NCBI GenBank assembly: GCA_964472775.1
Contig: CAYYNJ010000001.1
Coordinates: 1 to 47,580, forward strand
From: an uncultured Spirochaetaceae bacterium
Lineage (GTDB): Bacteria; Spirochaetota; Spirochaetia; UBA9216
Reading direction: 5' to 3'
Length of the DNA stretch: 47,580 nt
Shown here: positions 34,826-46,300 of the stretch, piece after piece
Layout: each line of letters starts with the position of its first letter
Position numbering within the stretch: position 1 is the stretch's first letter
Program-made: the position numbers and the translations under genes
Notes under the pieces: model-generated
What the model was told of the DNA's origin: nothing
The model's input: the letters and a program-made list of their open reading frames with translations, nothing else
The model's database searches: none

Positions 34826-35259
34826 AAGCTGCCCAGCTGACAGGGCCGGATGGAGATCTCCAGGGTTTCGCATCCGCAGGCGGCCTCAAGCCGGGTCATT
34901 TCCAGCTTTTTTGCTATACGCCAAACATCCACACACGGTACGGTGCCGTCTTCGGCGGCGGCTTTGATTTCTTCTTCCAGTTTCGGAGGCATGGATTCCA
35001 GAGCTTTTATTCTCTTTTTATCGGGCGGGGGGAACCCGAAAAGGCCGCACTGGCAGTGGGTCAGACGCAGTTCCAAAAGGTCCAGGGTTTTTCCCATTTC
35101 CAGGGGGGGAATGGCACATTCCTCGGCAATTTTAAAAGCCTTGGCGCAGGATAGACCCCCATCGACGGCTCTTTCTTTGGCCATCCGGGCGGCTTCGCCA
35201 TGGGGGACCGCCGTGGCCTCATGTTTCTGAGCATACTTCTCATCGCTGTTTTTCGACAT
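34822..35259 (-). CDS. Cys-rich hypothetical protein with an internal duplication
   Basis: Two ~55-aa halves share the pattern C..(F/W).IA....LE......LE.....CQ.G.F. The stop overlaps the HD-GYP stop (TTAG). Confidence 0.4.
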   Translation of the reverse strand: MSKNSDEKYAQKHEATAVPHGEAARMAKERAVDGGLSCAKAFKIAEECAIPPLEMGKTLDLLELRLTHCQCGLFGFPPPDKKRIKALESMPPKLEEEIKAAAEDGTVPCVDVWRIAKKLEMTRLEAACGCETLEISIRPCQLGSF

Positions 35260-35426
35260 TATCTAGACTCCTTAGAGATGATGTGGCACGTTTAAAAATG
35301 GATGCTGATTTTTCTATGTTAATGAGAATTATACCGTTTTTCCAGGGATGTTAGGGGGAAAAACCGCATAATTGACCAGAGGTTGTTTCTAAACAGAAGA
35401 TTCAGGCCCCCATGTGGCCTGAGAGC

Positions 35427-35455
35427 TTGACATATTCGCCCGGTATTTTCATATT
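35427..35455 (+). promoter_or_regulatory. candidate sigma70 promoter for eno (would give a ~145-nt leader)
   Basis: TTGACA (35427-35432), 17-nt spacer, CATATT (35450-35455). Confidence 0.35.
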
Positions 35456-35602
35456 TAAGGGGTAACCGAAAGAAACTAGAGGAGGGCCGGTAAAAACACG
35501 TTTTCGTGCTTTTATCAGTCTGGAGAAGAAAAGCGTTGCTGGTCTTCTCCTCATCCTCAGCCATCCGTGGCTCTCGGCCAACGCCGTGTATATATGGAGT
35601 AG

Positions 35603-36904
<1,302 letters not shown>

Positions 36905-36931
36905 TTTACCATTTGAATTAGTTAGAAGGAC

Positions 36932-36969
36932 GGGGCTGTCTGGTTTGACCAGGCAGCCCCATTGTTTTT
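36932..36969 (+). terminator. intrinsic terminator of eno
   Basis: GGGGCTGTCTGG-TTTGA-CCAGGCAGCCCC followed by ATTGTTTTT. Confidence 0.7.
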
Positions 36970-37121
36970 CCTTTATATATCTTTTTTACTGATAATATGG
37001 TATATTCCACAGGTAAAGCTTCTCTCAATCTGAAAAAAATACCGATAAGACTAAAGTAGAACTATCTCGTTAAAAATACTTTTTGGCGCCGCGGTATTGG
37101 TGGGCTTCTAGGGGGGATCGG

Positions 37122-40100
37122 TTGAGAAAGATTTTTTTGACATGGCTGTTGGTGAGTTCTCTCTGTGTTTTAGGCGCCCAGGATGCCCCGGAAACCCCGG
37201 CAAGCGGGGCGGCGGATTCCCTTTTGCAGACGTACCACCCTGTGGAGGGGCTTTATCAATGGCAGAAATCCCTGGATGTCTCGGGCCTCAAACCGGGTAC
37301 CTATAACATCGTTGTGACCGGCGAGGATACCGCCGGTAATACCTTTGAAACCGCGGCGGTGGATATCCGTATCGATCCTGAGTCGGACAAACCCCTTAGT
37401 TCCATAACCTATCCTTCCTCCCGAATGAGAATTGCCGGAGATCTGTCGGTTCTAGGCAGTGCTAAGGATGACGACCAGGTGGCCCATGTGGATGTGCGTC
37501 TGGGGCAGGGTGAGTACATCAGGGCTGGGGGGACCGATTTCTGGTCCGCGGATTTTTCTACCCAAGCCTTGGAGGATGGGGTCTATGATTTAACCTGCCG
37601 GGCCACGGATATCAACGGAATAGCCGGAGATGAATACACCTTGTCATTCATCCTAGACCGCAGGGCTCCCCAAATAGCGGTAACCTCTCATGAAAACGGA
37701 GGCCTGGTCAGCGGAAAATTTAACATTGAAGGCTCTGTTCGGGACACCAACGGCCTGAGCCGGGTGGATTTTTCCTACGATCAAGGCCAAAACTGGAATT
37801 CCGCCGATCTCAAGGGAGGAGGAAAGGACCAGGATCGGAAGTTCACTTTCCCCCTGGACAGCCGGGAAATGGCCGACGGACCCCGGGTTATCCTGATAAG
37901 AGGTACGGATCAGCAGGGATCCAGCGCCAATTTGGCCCTCCTGCTCTACCTGGACAATACCAAACCGGAACTGGAAATCGTCTACCCCGCCGCCGAAGAG
38001 CCGGAAAACGGCCGTTTCCAGGTCATGGGGCGCGCCACCGATGAAACCGGGGTGGCCCGGTTGAGCTGGGCTTACAAGGGGGAAGAATCTAGGGAGATTC
38101 CCCTGGAACCGGGCAATCCCTATTGGGCCATCGACGTGGACTATACGGGGCAGAAAAAGATGGCCTTGGAGTTTCTCCTCACCGATGTGGCGGACAATAC
38201 CCGCCGGGTGGTGCTGGAGCGGGATCTGTCCTGGCAGGAAGATCTGCCGCGGATAGAATTGCTTCATCCCCGGGAAGGGGTGCCCACCGACGACCCCCGG
38301 TTAATGGGCTGGGTCTTGGACGACGACGGCCCCGGGGGGGTGGTCTATCAAATCGGTAAAACCCCGGAGGTTCGACAGGAGGGGGGGCGCCGTTTCACCC
38401 TTGATCTGCCCGGCCTTCCCCCGGGGGAACATCAGATTACCCTGCGGGCCCTGGACCGGTACGGTGTGGAGGGGGATCCCCAGGTCCTCACGGTTTCCCT
38501 TCTTCCTCGGGAGCCCCAGGTGTCTCTCGACGGCTTCTACACCTCCGGGGATGAAACCCTGGCCTTCAAGCCGGGAATCCGGATCAGATCTAATCAGCAC
38601 CGGGGGTTTTACGGCACCGTACATTTTGACAGTGGTAAGGGCAGTGTAGCGGTTTTTTCCCCCGACGGATCCGAACGGGAACTCTCCCTGGAAAAAACTG
38701 ATCAAGCCGGTACGTTCCGTTTTACGGCGCCCTTTTCCGAACCTGTTTCCTTCGGGTTCTACCCCTTGAAACTGGTGGCCCGGGACGGCCTGGGGAGCGA
38801 AGTTACCCGGGTATTCCCCTTCTGGATGGAGGATCTTACCGTTAATCTCACGCCCTTCGGTTTTTCCCTCTCCGGTCAGGAAGAGGTGGTTTTTCATGAC
38901 CGGGCGGTGGGTTGGGATTTTCGTTTCGTGGGGCATCCTTTAAAGGATTGGGAAATTCCCGGCAAGCCGGACTTCCTGGAGCTTGAGGTTCGGGGAGAAC
39001 GATTAACCCTGAATGCCTCGGGGCCGGGCCGGGTGAGGGGCCTTTCGATTCAGGGAACCACCGACCGGGGCACCCTTTTCACCGCCCCGCTGCCTCCCGT
39101 TTTGGCGGATTTTGCTCCCCCGGAGTTAATCCTGGAGACTCCGCCGGCGGTGGAAAATCTTTCGGGGATGGTTAGGCTCTCCGGATCGGTTAAGGATGAC
39201 CTTGGTCCCGTGACTCTTTTTTCGTCCCTGGATGGGGGAGAGCTGAAGCCTCTTAACACCGGAGTCTCCCCGGAACCGGGAGAACCTCAGGAATTCACCC
39301 TGACCGTACCGGCGGACAGCTTAAAGGTCACCGGTTCGATTCTTAGGGTGTCGGCCCGGGATGTTTCCGGTAAGGAGTCTTCTTCCTACCTGGTTCTTTC
39401 CCGCCGGGCTGCGGAAGGGGAATCGGTAAAGCCGTCCCTGACGGGTTTTGTCGGAGGTACCGAAGGGGGGATTCTCCGGGGCGACCTTATGGACGGCGGG
39501 ATTTTTCTGGGGGCCCGGGCGGCGGGGGTGGATTCTCTTTCCACCCTGACCTACCAGCTCGACGGCGATAACCCCCGGCCCCTGGCTTTCTCGGCAGGCC
39601 TGCCGCAGGAAACGATCCTTCTGCCGTCTCCCGGAGCCCATCAGATTGTTTTCCGGGCCGGATATGGTGAGGGGAAAACGCTGACAGCGACGGTTAAATT
39701 TACCGTGGCCGGGGGAGCTCCTGTCTTTTTCTTCCCCGAGGTTTACTCCGGCCAGGATGTGGTAAGAAAATCCGGCATGGGGCTGAAGATAGGCTGGGCC
39801 GGTCCCGCGGAGCCGGAGGTTTTTGAGTGCCGGGTGGACGGTGAATTGATCGATACTCCCAGGTATGTTCAGGAAGGGGACCGGGGAATTTTTTCTCTGC
39901 CCCTGGAAGATCTGTCCTACGGGCCCCATACCCTGGAGGTCCACGGGAAGGATGACTTCGGCCGGGAAGCGGCGGGAAAGATCCATTTTTATCTCTTAGA
40001 AGATCCGGCAGGAAGACACCGGGACAGTGAGCCGGGGCTCTACATCCTGGAAGAGGCGGTAGGAGATTATGCCTACCTGTTTCAGGGAAGAGAAATCGTA

Positions 40101-43052
40101 TCGGCGGAACTGGATCCAAGGGAAGGGAACTTTGCTGTTGACCGGGACGGGGCCATCCTGAGGATCCGGGGGGGAGAGCCGGAAAGGAGTGAAAACCGGA
40201 CGGTTGTGGTGACCACCGAAGACCAAGAGGTGTTTCGTCTGGAAGGAAGAACCTTTACCTCCGATGTCACCCCTCCCGTGTTGACCCTGGAGCCGGGATC
40301 CGCCGACCCCTATGTGGGATCGGAAATAAACCTGACGGGAACACTCCAAGATGATCTGGCCCTGGACCGGCTGGAGTACAGCCTCTCCGGATCTTCCTTC
40401 ACCGCCCTGCCTTTTTCCCGGACCCCAGATACGGGGGATATTCAGGAAGAGGAGGACGAAGCCGAACCGTTGGTGCGGGAAGACCCGGCGGATGGATCCT
40501 TTTGGGCCGCCATCGATCTTCGGGGAGTAGCCGACGGCCCCCTGTCCCTGACCGTCCGGGCCAGGGATACCTCGGGGAATGAGACGGTGGTGGAACGGCT
40601 TTTAGTGAAAGACACCCTGCCGCCCCGGCTCAAGCAGATCCTGCCGGATCCGGCGGAGGACATCAATGGGCGGACGTCCCTCTTTTTCCGGGTGGATGAT
40701 GCCTGGGGTGAAGACTTTTCCGGATCTTTCACTTTGGGAGAGACGGAAACCCCGGTGGAAGCCCGGGACGGTTTTATCCGCCTGGGACCGGACTTCTCGC
40801 CCTATCAGGAGCTTCCCGAGCTTTTCGATCTCAAAGTGAAGGATAGCGGCACTAATCTGGTAAGTCAGAGACCCTCGGTATCTTTTGAGCCCGCGGCGGA
40901 CAAGCCGGTGGTGGCTATTCAATTTCCCCAGGCCGACGCACTTTTCCAGGAAGACCCTCTGTTCAGCGGTACCGTCCGTGACGATGACGGAGTGAAGGAA
41001 ATTCAGTACCGGGTGGATGGAGGAGATTTCCTATCCCTTCCCGGAGCGGGGCGGTTCGAGATCCGTCTGCCCTTTTCCTCCCTGGGGGATAACGGCCATG
41101 AAATCGAGGTGGTGGCTTACGATCTAGAGGGTGTGCCCAGCGATCCTTTGATCCTCCCCTTCCGGATCTCCCGGGAAGTTCCCGAGGCGGCCCTGATGGC
41201 CCCCGAACTGGGAACCACCAACCGGGGGGAGGTTGTTTTGACGGGAACCGCTGGGGACGCCAACGGTATTTCCGCGGTGTTTCTCTCATTGGACAACGGC
41301 AACAGCTACCACCTGGCGGAAGGCCGGGAGGCTTGGTCCTATCCCTTGAATTCCCGGGTCCTGGTGGACGGAACCTACATGATTCTCATCAAAGCCCTGG
41401 ATGGCTACGGGGTGGAATCGTTGTCTTCGGGACTCCTTACGGTGGATAATACCGCCCCCTACATGAATGCTTCCCAGCCCGTGGACGGGGTGGTGGTTTC
41501 CGACTTTCTTTCCCTGCAATTACGGACCACCGATGAACTATCGGTCCGGCGGCTCCGTTACGTCATCACCCCCCTGGAGACACCCCTCCCTGAACCAGAG
41601 TCCGGCGGGGGCGGGGCTGACCTTGCGGAAGCCGCCGAAGCCGGGTCTGCGGCGGGGGAGAAACCGGTCCTTACGGGAGAACTTCCGGTGAGCCGGGTGG
41701 TCCTGGAACAGATTGATGTGACGGCCCTGGAGCCGGGTCTCTATAATTTCAGTGTTTTTGCCTACGACGCCGCCGCCAATGAGTCGATCATCTCCCGGGA
41801 TTTTGAAAAGCAGGAACCCGGCGTGGCCAACAGGATAGATCTTCTCTATCCCCTGACCGGCGCTACCCTAACCGCAGGCTTCGGCCTCTCCGGCCGCGTC
41901 AGCGGTGATGACATCCCCGGGCAAGTGGAAATTTTTATGGACGGCCGGCTCTTTGACCGGGTGGAGGTAAAAGCCGACGGTTTCTTTACCCGCCGGATGG
42001 AACCGGAAGAAATGACAGAAGGTTCCCGCAGCTTGTCGGCCCGTTTTACCGACTCCCAGGGGACGGTTCTTGAAAGCCGGCCGGTTACGATGGAATACCG
42101 CACCGAAGGCCCCTGGGTGAGCATCGATTCGGTCAGTACCGGTTCCTATGTGAGCAATAGGCCCTGGATCCGCGGTACCGCCGGTTATTCCGCGGCGGAC
42201 CCAGAGGAGGGCCGGCGGGAAAACCGGGACCTGCTGAAGTCCCGGGAGCTGGTGAAGCTTGAGTACAGCCTGGATAACGGGCGAAACTTTTCCGAGATGA
42301 AAGCCCGGGAAGAATGGCGGTTTAGGCTGGAGACCCAGGATCTCCCCGACGGTCCCTTAAGCATCCTGGTACGGGGGGAATTCCGGAATGGGGAAAAGGC
42401 GGTCTCCCAGGCCTTTGTCTTTGCCGATGATACACCGCCCCGGATCACCCTGCTCACCCCCGACGAAGGTTCCGCCTTGAACCAGGAGCTGGAAATCAGC
42501 GGTACCGCCGAGGACGAAAACGGCCTGCGCCAGATTCAGGTGATGCTGCGGGCCAAGAGCAAGAGCAGCTATGAGGTTCCCCAGTTCATCCAGGGGCTGT
42601 TTCTGGATACCCACTTTCTGGGGGCTACCTATTATGAACTCGGGTTGGGGCTGACCTTCTTTGACAACAACGTGAAGATCCAGGGAATTTTTGGGAAGGC
42701 CCCTCCCGGGCGGTTCAACGGGAATGTTTTCGGCGTCAAACTTCTGGCCAATGTCGCGACCCTGCCCTATGGGTACTTCTTCGGCCCGGACTGGAACTTT
42801 CTCTCCTCCAGCGTCGCCTTAGGGGCGGCCTTTGAGTACTTCACCATGACCGAGGGGGATACTGAAGAAAACGGCCTGGTTTTAGGGGCGGCGATTCTTC
42901 AGCTGGAGCTGCTGAAGTTCTCCCTGGATCACCGGACCTTCCTCAACGGTTTGAGTGCCTATCTGGAAAATCAGTTCTGGTTCATTTCTTCGGATATTCA
43001 GGGAGGCATCGAGTACCGCCTGGCCCTGGGGCTGAGGGCCAACATTTTCTAG
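37122..43052 (+). CDS. giant secreted surface protein: at least ten Ig-like (Big-type) repeats plus a C-terminal beta-barrel-like anchor
   Basis: The TTG at 37122 follows GGGGGGA and gives signal peptide MRKIFLTWLLVSSLCVLGA-QD. The ORF track starts at 37083. Recurrent module D..(P)P.I.......G..VSG...L.G...DD.G...V..S.D.G..W. The last ~190 aa alternate hydrophobic/polar residues and end RANIF. Confidence 0.75.
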   Translation: MRKIFLTWLLVSSLCVLGAQDAPETPASGAADSLLQTYHPVEGLYQWQKSLDVSGLKPGTYNIVVTGEDTAGNTFETAAVDIRIDPESDKPLSSITYPSSRMRIAGDLSVLGSAKDDDQVAHVDVRLGQGEYIRAGGTDFWSADFSTQALEDGVYDLTCRATDINGIAGDEYTLSFILDRRAPQIAVTSHENGGLVSGKFNIEGSVRDTNGLSRVDFSYDQGQNWNSADLKGGGKDQDRKFTFPLDSREMADGPRVILIRGTDQQGSSANLALLLYLDNTKPELEIVYPAAEEPENGRFQVMGRATDETGVARLSWAYKGEESREIPLEPGNPYWAIDVDYTGQKKMALEFLLTDVADNTRRVVLERDLSWQEDLPRIELLHPREGVPTDDPRLMGWVLDDDGPGGVVYQIGKTPEVRQEGGRRFTLDLPGLPPGEHQITLRALDRYGVEGDPQVLTVSLLPREPQVSLDGFYTSGDETLAFKPGIRIRSNQHRGFYGTVHFDSGKGSVAVFSPDGSERELSLEKTDQAGTFRFTAPFSEPVSFGFYPLKLVARDGLGSEVTRVFPFWMEDLTVNLTPFGFSLSGQEEVVFHDRAVGWDFRFVGHPLKDWEIPGKPDFLELEVRGERLTLNASGPGRVRGLSIQGTTDRGTLFTAPLPPVLADFAPPELILETPPAVENLSGMVRLSGSVKDDLGPVTLFSSLDGGELKPLNTGVSPEPGEPQEFTLTVPADSLKVTGSILRVSARDVSGKESSSYLVLSRRAAEGESVKPSLTGFVGGTEGGILRGDLMDGGIFLGARAAGVDSLSTLTYQLDGDNPRPLAFSAGLPQETILLPSPGAHQIVFRAGYGEGKTLTATVKFTVAGGAPVFFFPEVYSGQDVVRKSGMGLKIGWAGPAEPEVFECRVDGELIDTPRYVQEGDRGIFSLPLEDLSYGPHTLEVHGKDDFGREAAGKIHFYLLEDPAGRHRDSEPGLYILEEAVGDYAYLFQGREIVSAELDPREGNFAVDRDGAILRIRGGEPERSENRTVVVTTEDQEVFRLEGRTFTSDVTPPVLTLEPGSADPYVGSEINLTGTLQDDLALDRLEYSLSGSSFTALPFSRTPDTGDIQEEEDEAEPLVREDPADGSFWAAIDLRGVADGPLSLTVRARDTSGNETVVERLLVKDTLPPRLKQILPDPAEDINGRTSLFFRVDDAWGEDFSGSFTLGETETPVEARDGFIRLGPDFSPYQELPELFDLKVKDSGTNLVSQRPSVSFEPAADKPVVAIQFPQADALFQEDPLFSGTVRDDDGVKEIQYRVDGGDFLSLPGAGRFEIRLPFSSLGDNGHEIEVVAYDLEGVPSDPLILPFRISREVPEAALMAPELGTTNRGEVVLTGTAGDANGISAVFLSLDNGNSYHLAEGREAWSYPLNSRVLVDGTYMILIKALDGYGVESLSSGLLTVDNTAPYMNASQPVDGVVVSDFLSLQLRTTDELSVRRLRYVITPLETPLPEPESGGGGADLAEAAEAGSAAGEKPVLTGELPVSRVVLEQIDVTALEPGLYNFSVFAYDAAANESIISRDFEKQEPGVANRIDLLYPLTGATLTAGFGLSGRVSGDDIPGQVEIFMDGRLFDRVEVKADGFFTRRMEPEEMTEGSRSLSARFTDSQGTVLESRPVTMEYRTEGPWVSIDSVSTGSYVSNRPWIRGTAGYSAADPEEGRRENRDLLKSRELVKLEYSLDNGRNFSEMKAREEWRFRLETQDLPDGPLSILVRGEFRNGEKAVSQAFVFADDTPPRITLLTPDEGSALNQELEISGTAEDENGLRQIQVMLRAKSKSSYEVPQFIQGLFLDTHFLGATYYELGLGLTFFDNNVKIQGIFGKAPPGRFNGNVFGVKLLANVATLPYGYFFGPDWNFLSSSVALGAAFEYFTMTEGDTEENGLVLGAAILQLELLKFSLDHRTFLNGLSAYLENQFWFISSDIQGGIEYRLALGLRANIF

Positions 43053-43231
43053 CCCAGAGCGTGCCGGAGGGCACCGGACCGGTTCGCCGTACCGGTCGAG
43101 TTTTACCGGGGAATGCGACGGCGGGGTCGAATGATTTTTACGGCCAGCCCTGAAGAGGGCTGAAAGCGGCGGAAACAGAGGGTTTTTACCCGGATTCGGG
43201 AGAATCGGCGCCGGAATAGCCCAGGCTAATT

Positions 43232-43246
43232 TGGCATGGTTTTTGC
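43232..43246 (+). promoter_or_regulatory. sigma54 (RpoN)-type -24/-12 promoter
   Basis: TTGGCATGGTTTTTGCG against consensus YTGGCACGrNNNTTGCW. The GG and GC elements have the correct 12-nt register. Lies 94 nt upstream of the ATG at 43340. Confidence 0.5.
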
Positions 43247-43251
43247 GTAAT

Positions 43252-43316
43252 GGTTGTGTTTGTGTCTCTTATTTTGTTTAAGGCTCAAGGTTGTGTTTCG
43301 ATTGTTTGTTTTAAGG
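43252..43316 (+). repeat. GT-rich imperfect tandem repeat in the 5' leader of the giant lipoprotein gene
   Basis: GGTTGTGTTTGTGTCTCTTATTTTGTTTAAGG (43252-43283) and GGTTGTGTTTCGATTGTTTGTTTTAAGG (43289-43316). Confidence 0.5.
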
Positions 43317-43339
43317 CGGAAATCCGCCACGGGGGAAAT

Positions 43340-46300
43340 ATGATGCAGAGAAAGATCGCTGATAGATTTCGCTTAACCGCCCTGGGGGTGTTACTCCTGT
43401 TGGTGACGAACTGTGATCTGTTTATGCCCGGTCTGGGGGATGAGGTGGATATCGATGTTCCCCAGATTGAGGTGGAGAGCCACCGAAACGGCGACTATGT
43501 GTTCGGCCAATTTACCCTCACCGGCCGGGTGGAGGATGATTATGAGGTCAGCGAGGTCACCGTCAGCGATGGCGACACCTCTATCACCGCCGTTTTAGAC
43601 GGTGATTTATGGTCTGCCCAGATTAACTCATCTCCCCTCGGCGACGGGGACCGGGATTATCAGATTACGGTTACCGATGCCACGGGGAAAAAATCCAGCA
43701 TCAACCTCCTCCTCACCGTGGACAACAATCCCCCCACGGTCTTGGTTAATGTTCCCGATTCCTACCTGCCTCCGGCGGAGTACAACAAGGTGATCACCCT
43801 TAAAGGCGAAGCCGCCGATACCACCCGCATCAAGGAGGTCCTGGTATCGTTGTACGATAATGCCACGGGAACCGCCATCTTTGAAGATGAGGCGGCCACG
43901 GGAACCTCAAGCTGGTATTATAGTTTCGATTCCGAGGCCCTGGGAAACCTGAACGGAACTTACTATCTGGTGGTTGAAGCTTTCGACAACGCCGGAAACA
44001 GCAACGGCTGGTTTTACCACTTCAGCGATATTCTCTCCAGCGCTTCCAACCCCGGGGATCTTCCCAACATTGAAGACATCAACGGCTTTGAGTCTCAGGG
44101 AGGATTCCTCCCCGGGACCCTGACGGTTCCCTTGAGCAGCCTTCGGCGTTCCGCCGCCTCAGGCGCCAGGATGACCCTCTCCATCAATCCCGATTCGGAC
44201 CGGCCCCAGTTCATCTTCATTTCCCCCAGTGTGACGGGGGAGAATCCCTTCGCTTCCCCGCAGCGGTTCAGCGGTTTTATCGAAGATGACGACGGTCTGG
44301 TGAAGACGGACCAAACGGAGATAGCGATTTATGAATACACCGGAGATTACGATGATGCCGATCCGGTTCTTCTCCCCGACGGTTCCGGCGGGTATGATGA
44401 GTGGGTTTCCTACGGCCTGGAAATCAATTCCACCCAGTGGACCTATGAAGCCGACCTGCCCAGCGGCAAAGAATACTATCTGCGGCTGAAGGCGGAAGAC
44501 ATCAACGGCCTCTCCAATACCTCTATCCCGGTAAAATTTTCGATTCCCGAAGGGGTGCCCAATCTGAGTGTGTTAACCCCTCAGCAGGGCCGGTATACGG
44601 GGATCGGCGGAACCCTCGGCTTCGAGGTGAAGGTCGAGGACATGAGCGGCAGCCTGTATATCGATCTGACCCCCGGCGTTCCGGCGGATTCCTGGAGTGA
44701 TGCCCTAGAGTATTCCCCGGTGCAGCTCTTCGACCATTTTCTGCGCACCGAGGCTGACGGAGAGGTCTACGGGTTTTCGTTCACCGCCGGTGATGATTTT
44801 ACTCTGGAGGATGGCCCGGGAAGTTTCCGGTTCCGGGCGGGGGTGGAAGGAGCCTTCGGCCAAACCACCTGGCAGTACATCGGGGATACCCAGGCCCCCC
44901 ATATCTCCCTTACCTACCCCAACGCTTTCAGCACCGCCGCCGATGCGGTAAACGGGACCATCAAAATCAGCGGATCCGCCGATGACGGATTGAATCCCCT
45001 GGAAGGGGTGTATCTATCTCTGGAACCGGGGTGGCAGGATCCCGAACCGGCCCCCGCCGACCTTACCTCCTGGTATGTGCCCACGGGGCTTTCCAGCTGG
45101 ACCAGTGCCGATATGGACACCACCGATACGGCCCTCTTTTCCGACGGGGACGGAGACTATACCCTGCGGTATTTTGTCAAAGACGCGGCGGGCAATTTCA
45201 GTGATCCGGCGGTCCGGCATATCAGGGTGGACCAGAGTTCCGATTTCCCCGTTTTTACCTTCTCTAACCTGGATCCCCTAGCCGCCGCCTCTGTCAACAT
45301 TCTCGGCAGCGGTGCGGCCCTCTTTTCTACCCTGGAGGATGATGATGCGGTGGATGTGTCTACCCTGGAAATCAGGATAGATGTGTTCGGCGACGGCCTT
45401 TCGGGGGTCGATTTGACTTCCGACGGGGATACCCTTGATGCCAACGAGAGCGAAGGTTGGCAGCCCGCGGCCAACAAACCCGAGACGGACAGCCGTATGG
45501 TCAACTGGAACCATCCTCTGACCAACCTGCCCCAGGGAGTTCACAGCTTCGAGGTGCGGGTGGAAGATGTGTACGGCACCGCTAAAGCGGTGGGTCCGGT
45601 TTTTTTCACCATCGACACGGGTCCTCCGGAGTTAACCGTCACGGCTCCCCTGGACAACAGTTTTTTGAATGAGTCTTTTACCGTTTCCGGCAGCGCCGGC
45701 GATGCGAACAGTATCGAAGCGGTGCGGCTCTATCTTGCCCGGGAGGATGGGGCTCTGGAGGAAATCCCCGGTGATCAAATCGTCCTGAGTACGGCGCTGC
45801 CCGCTCCTTCGGTCAACTGGAGCTATGAATTCGCCGTGGATACCGCAGGTCACGGGGACGACGGCGATTACCTCGTCCATGTCCAAGCCGATGACACCAC
45901 CACCGGAGTGAATAAAACCTCGGATACCAGCTGGACTTTTACTATCGATACCAGTTCTCCCGAGCTTCTCGTCACCGCCCCGGTGAGTGATGAACTGATC
46001 GACGGAGACAGCAATCCCTACACCCTCAGCGGTCAGGTGAGCGATACCGGAGCGGGGGTGAAAACCCTGGCATACAGCCAGGACTACACCGATGACGGCG
46101 ACGATACCAACGATACCTGGCACGCCATTCCCTACGGAGGCGGGTTGAGATGGAGCGTCCCGGGGGTAGATTTTTCCGGCAGCGAGGGACTTAAAAGACT
46201 CTTCGTCCGGGCCGGCGACGGGCTGAATGCTCCCGCCCAGGCGGAGGTGGGTTTTTACTTTGACCTTTCCGCCCCGGATCTTTCAGAAACCGCCGCCCCG

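Noticed and set aside
37085-37105. Sigma54-like TGGCGC upstream of the first giant gene.
   Set aside because: The -12 position reads TATTGG and has no GC dinucleotide in the correct register. An extended -10 (TGGTATATT near 37006) is a more likely promoter, though weak.
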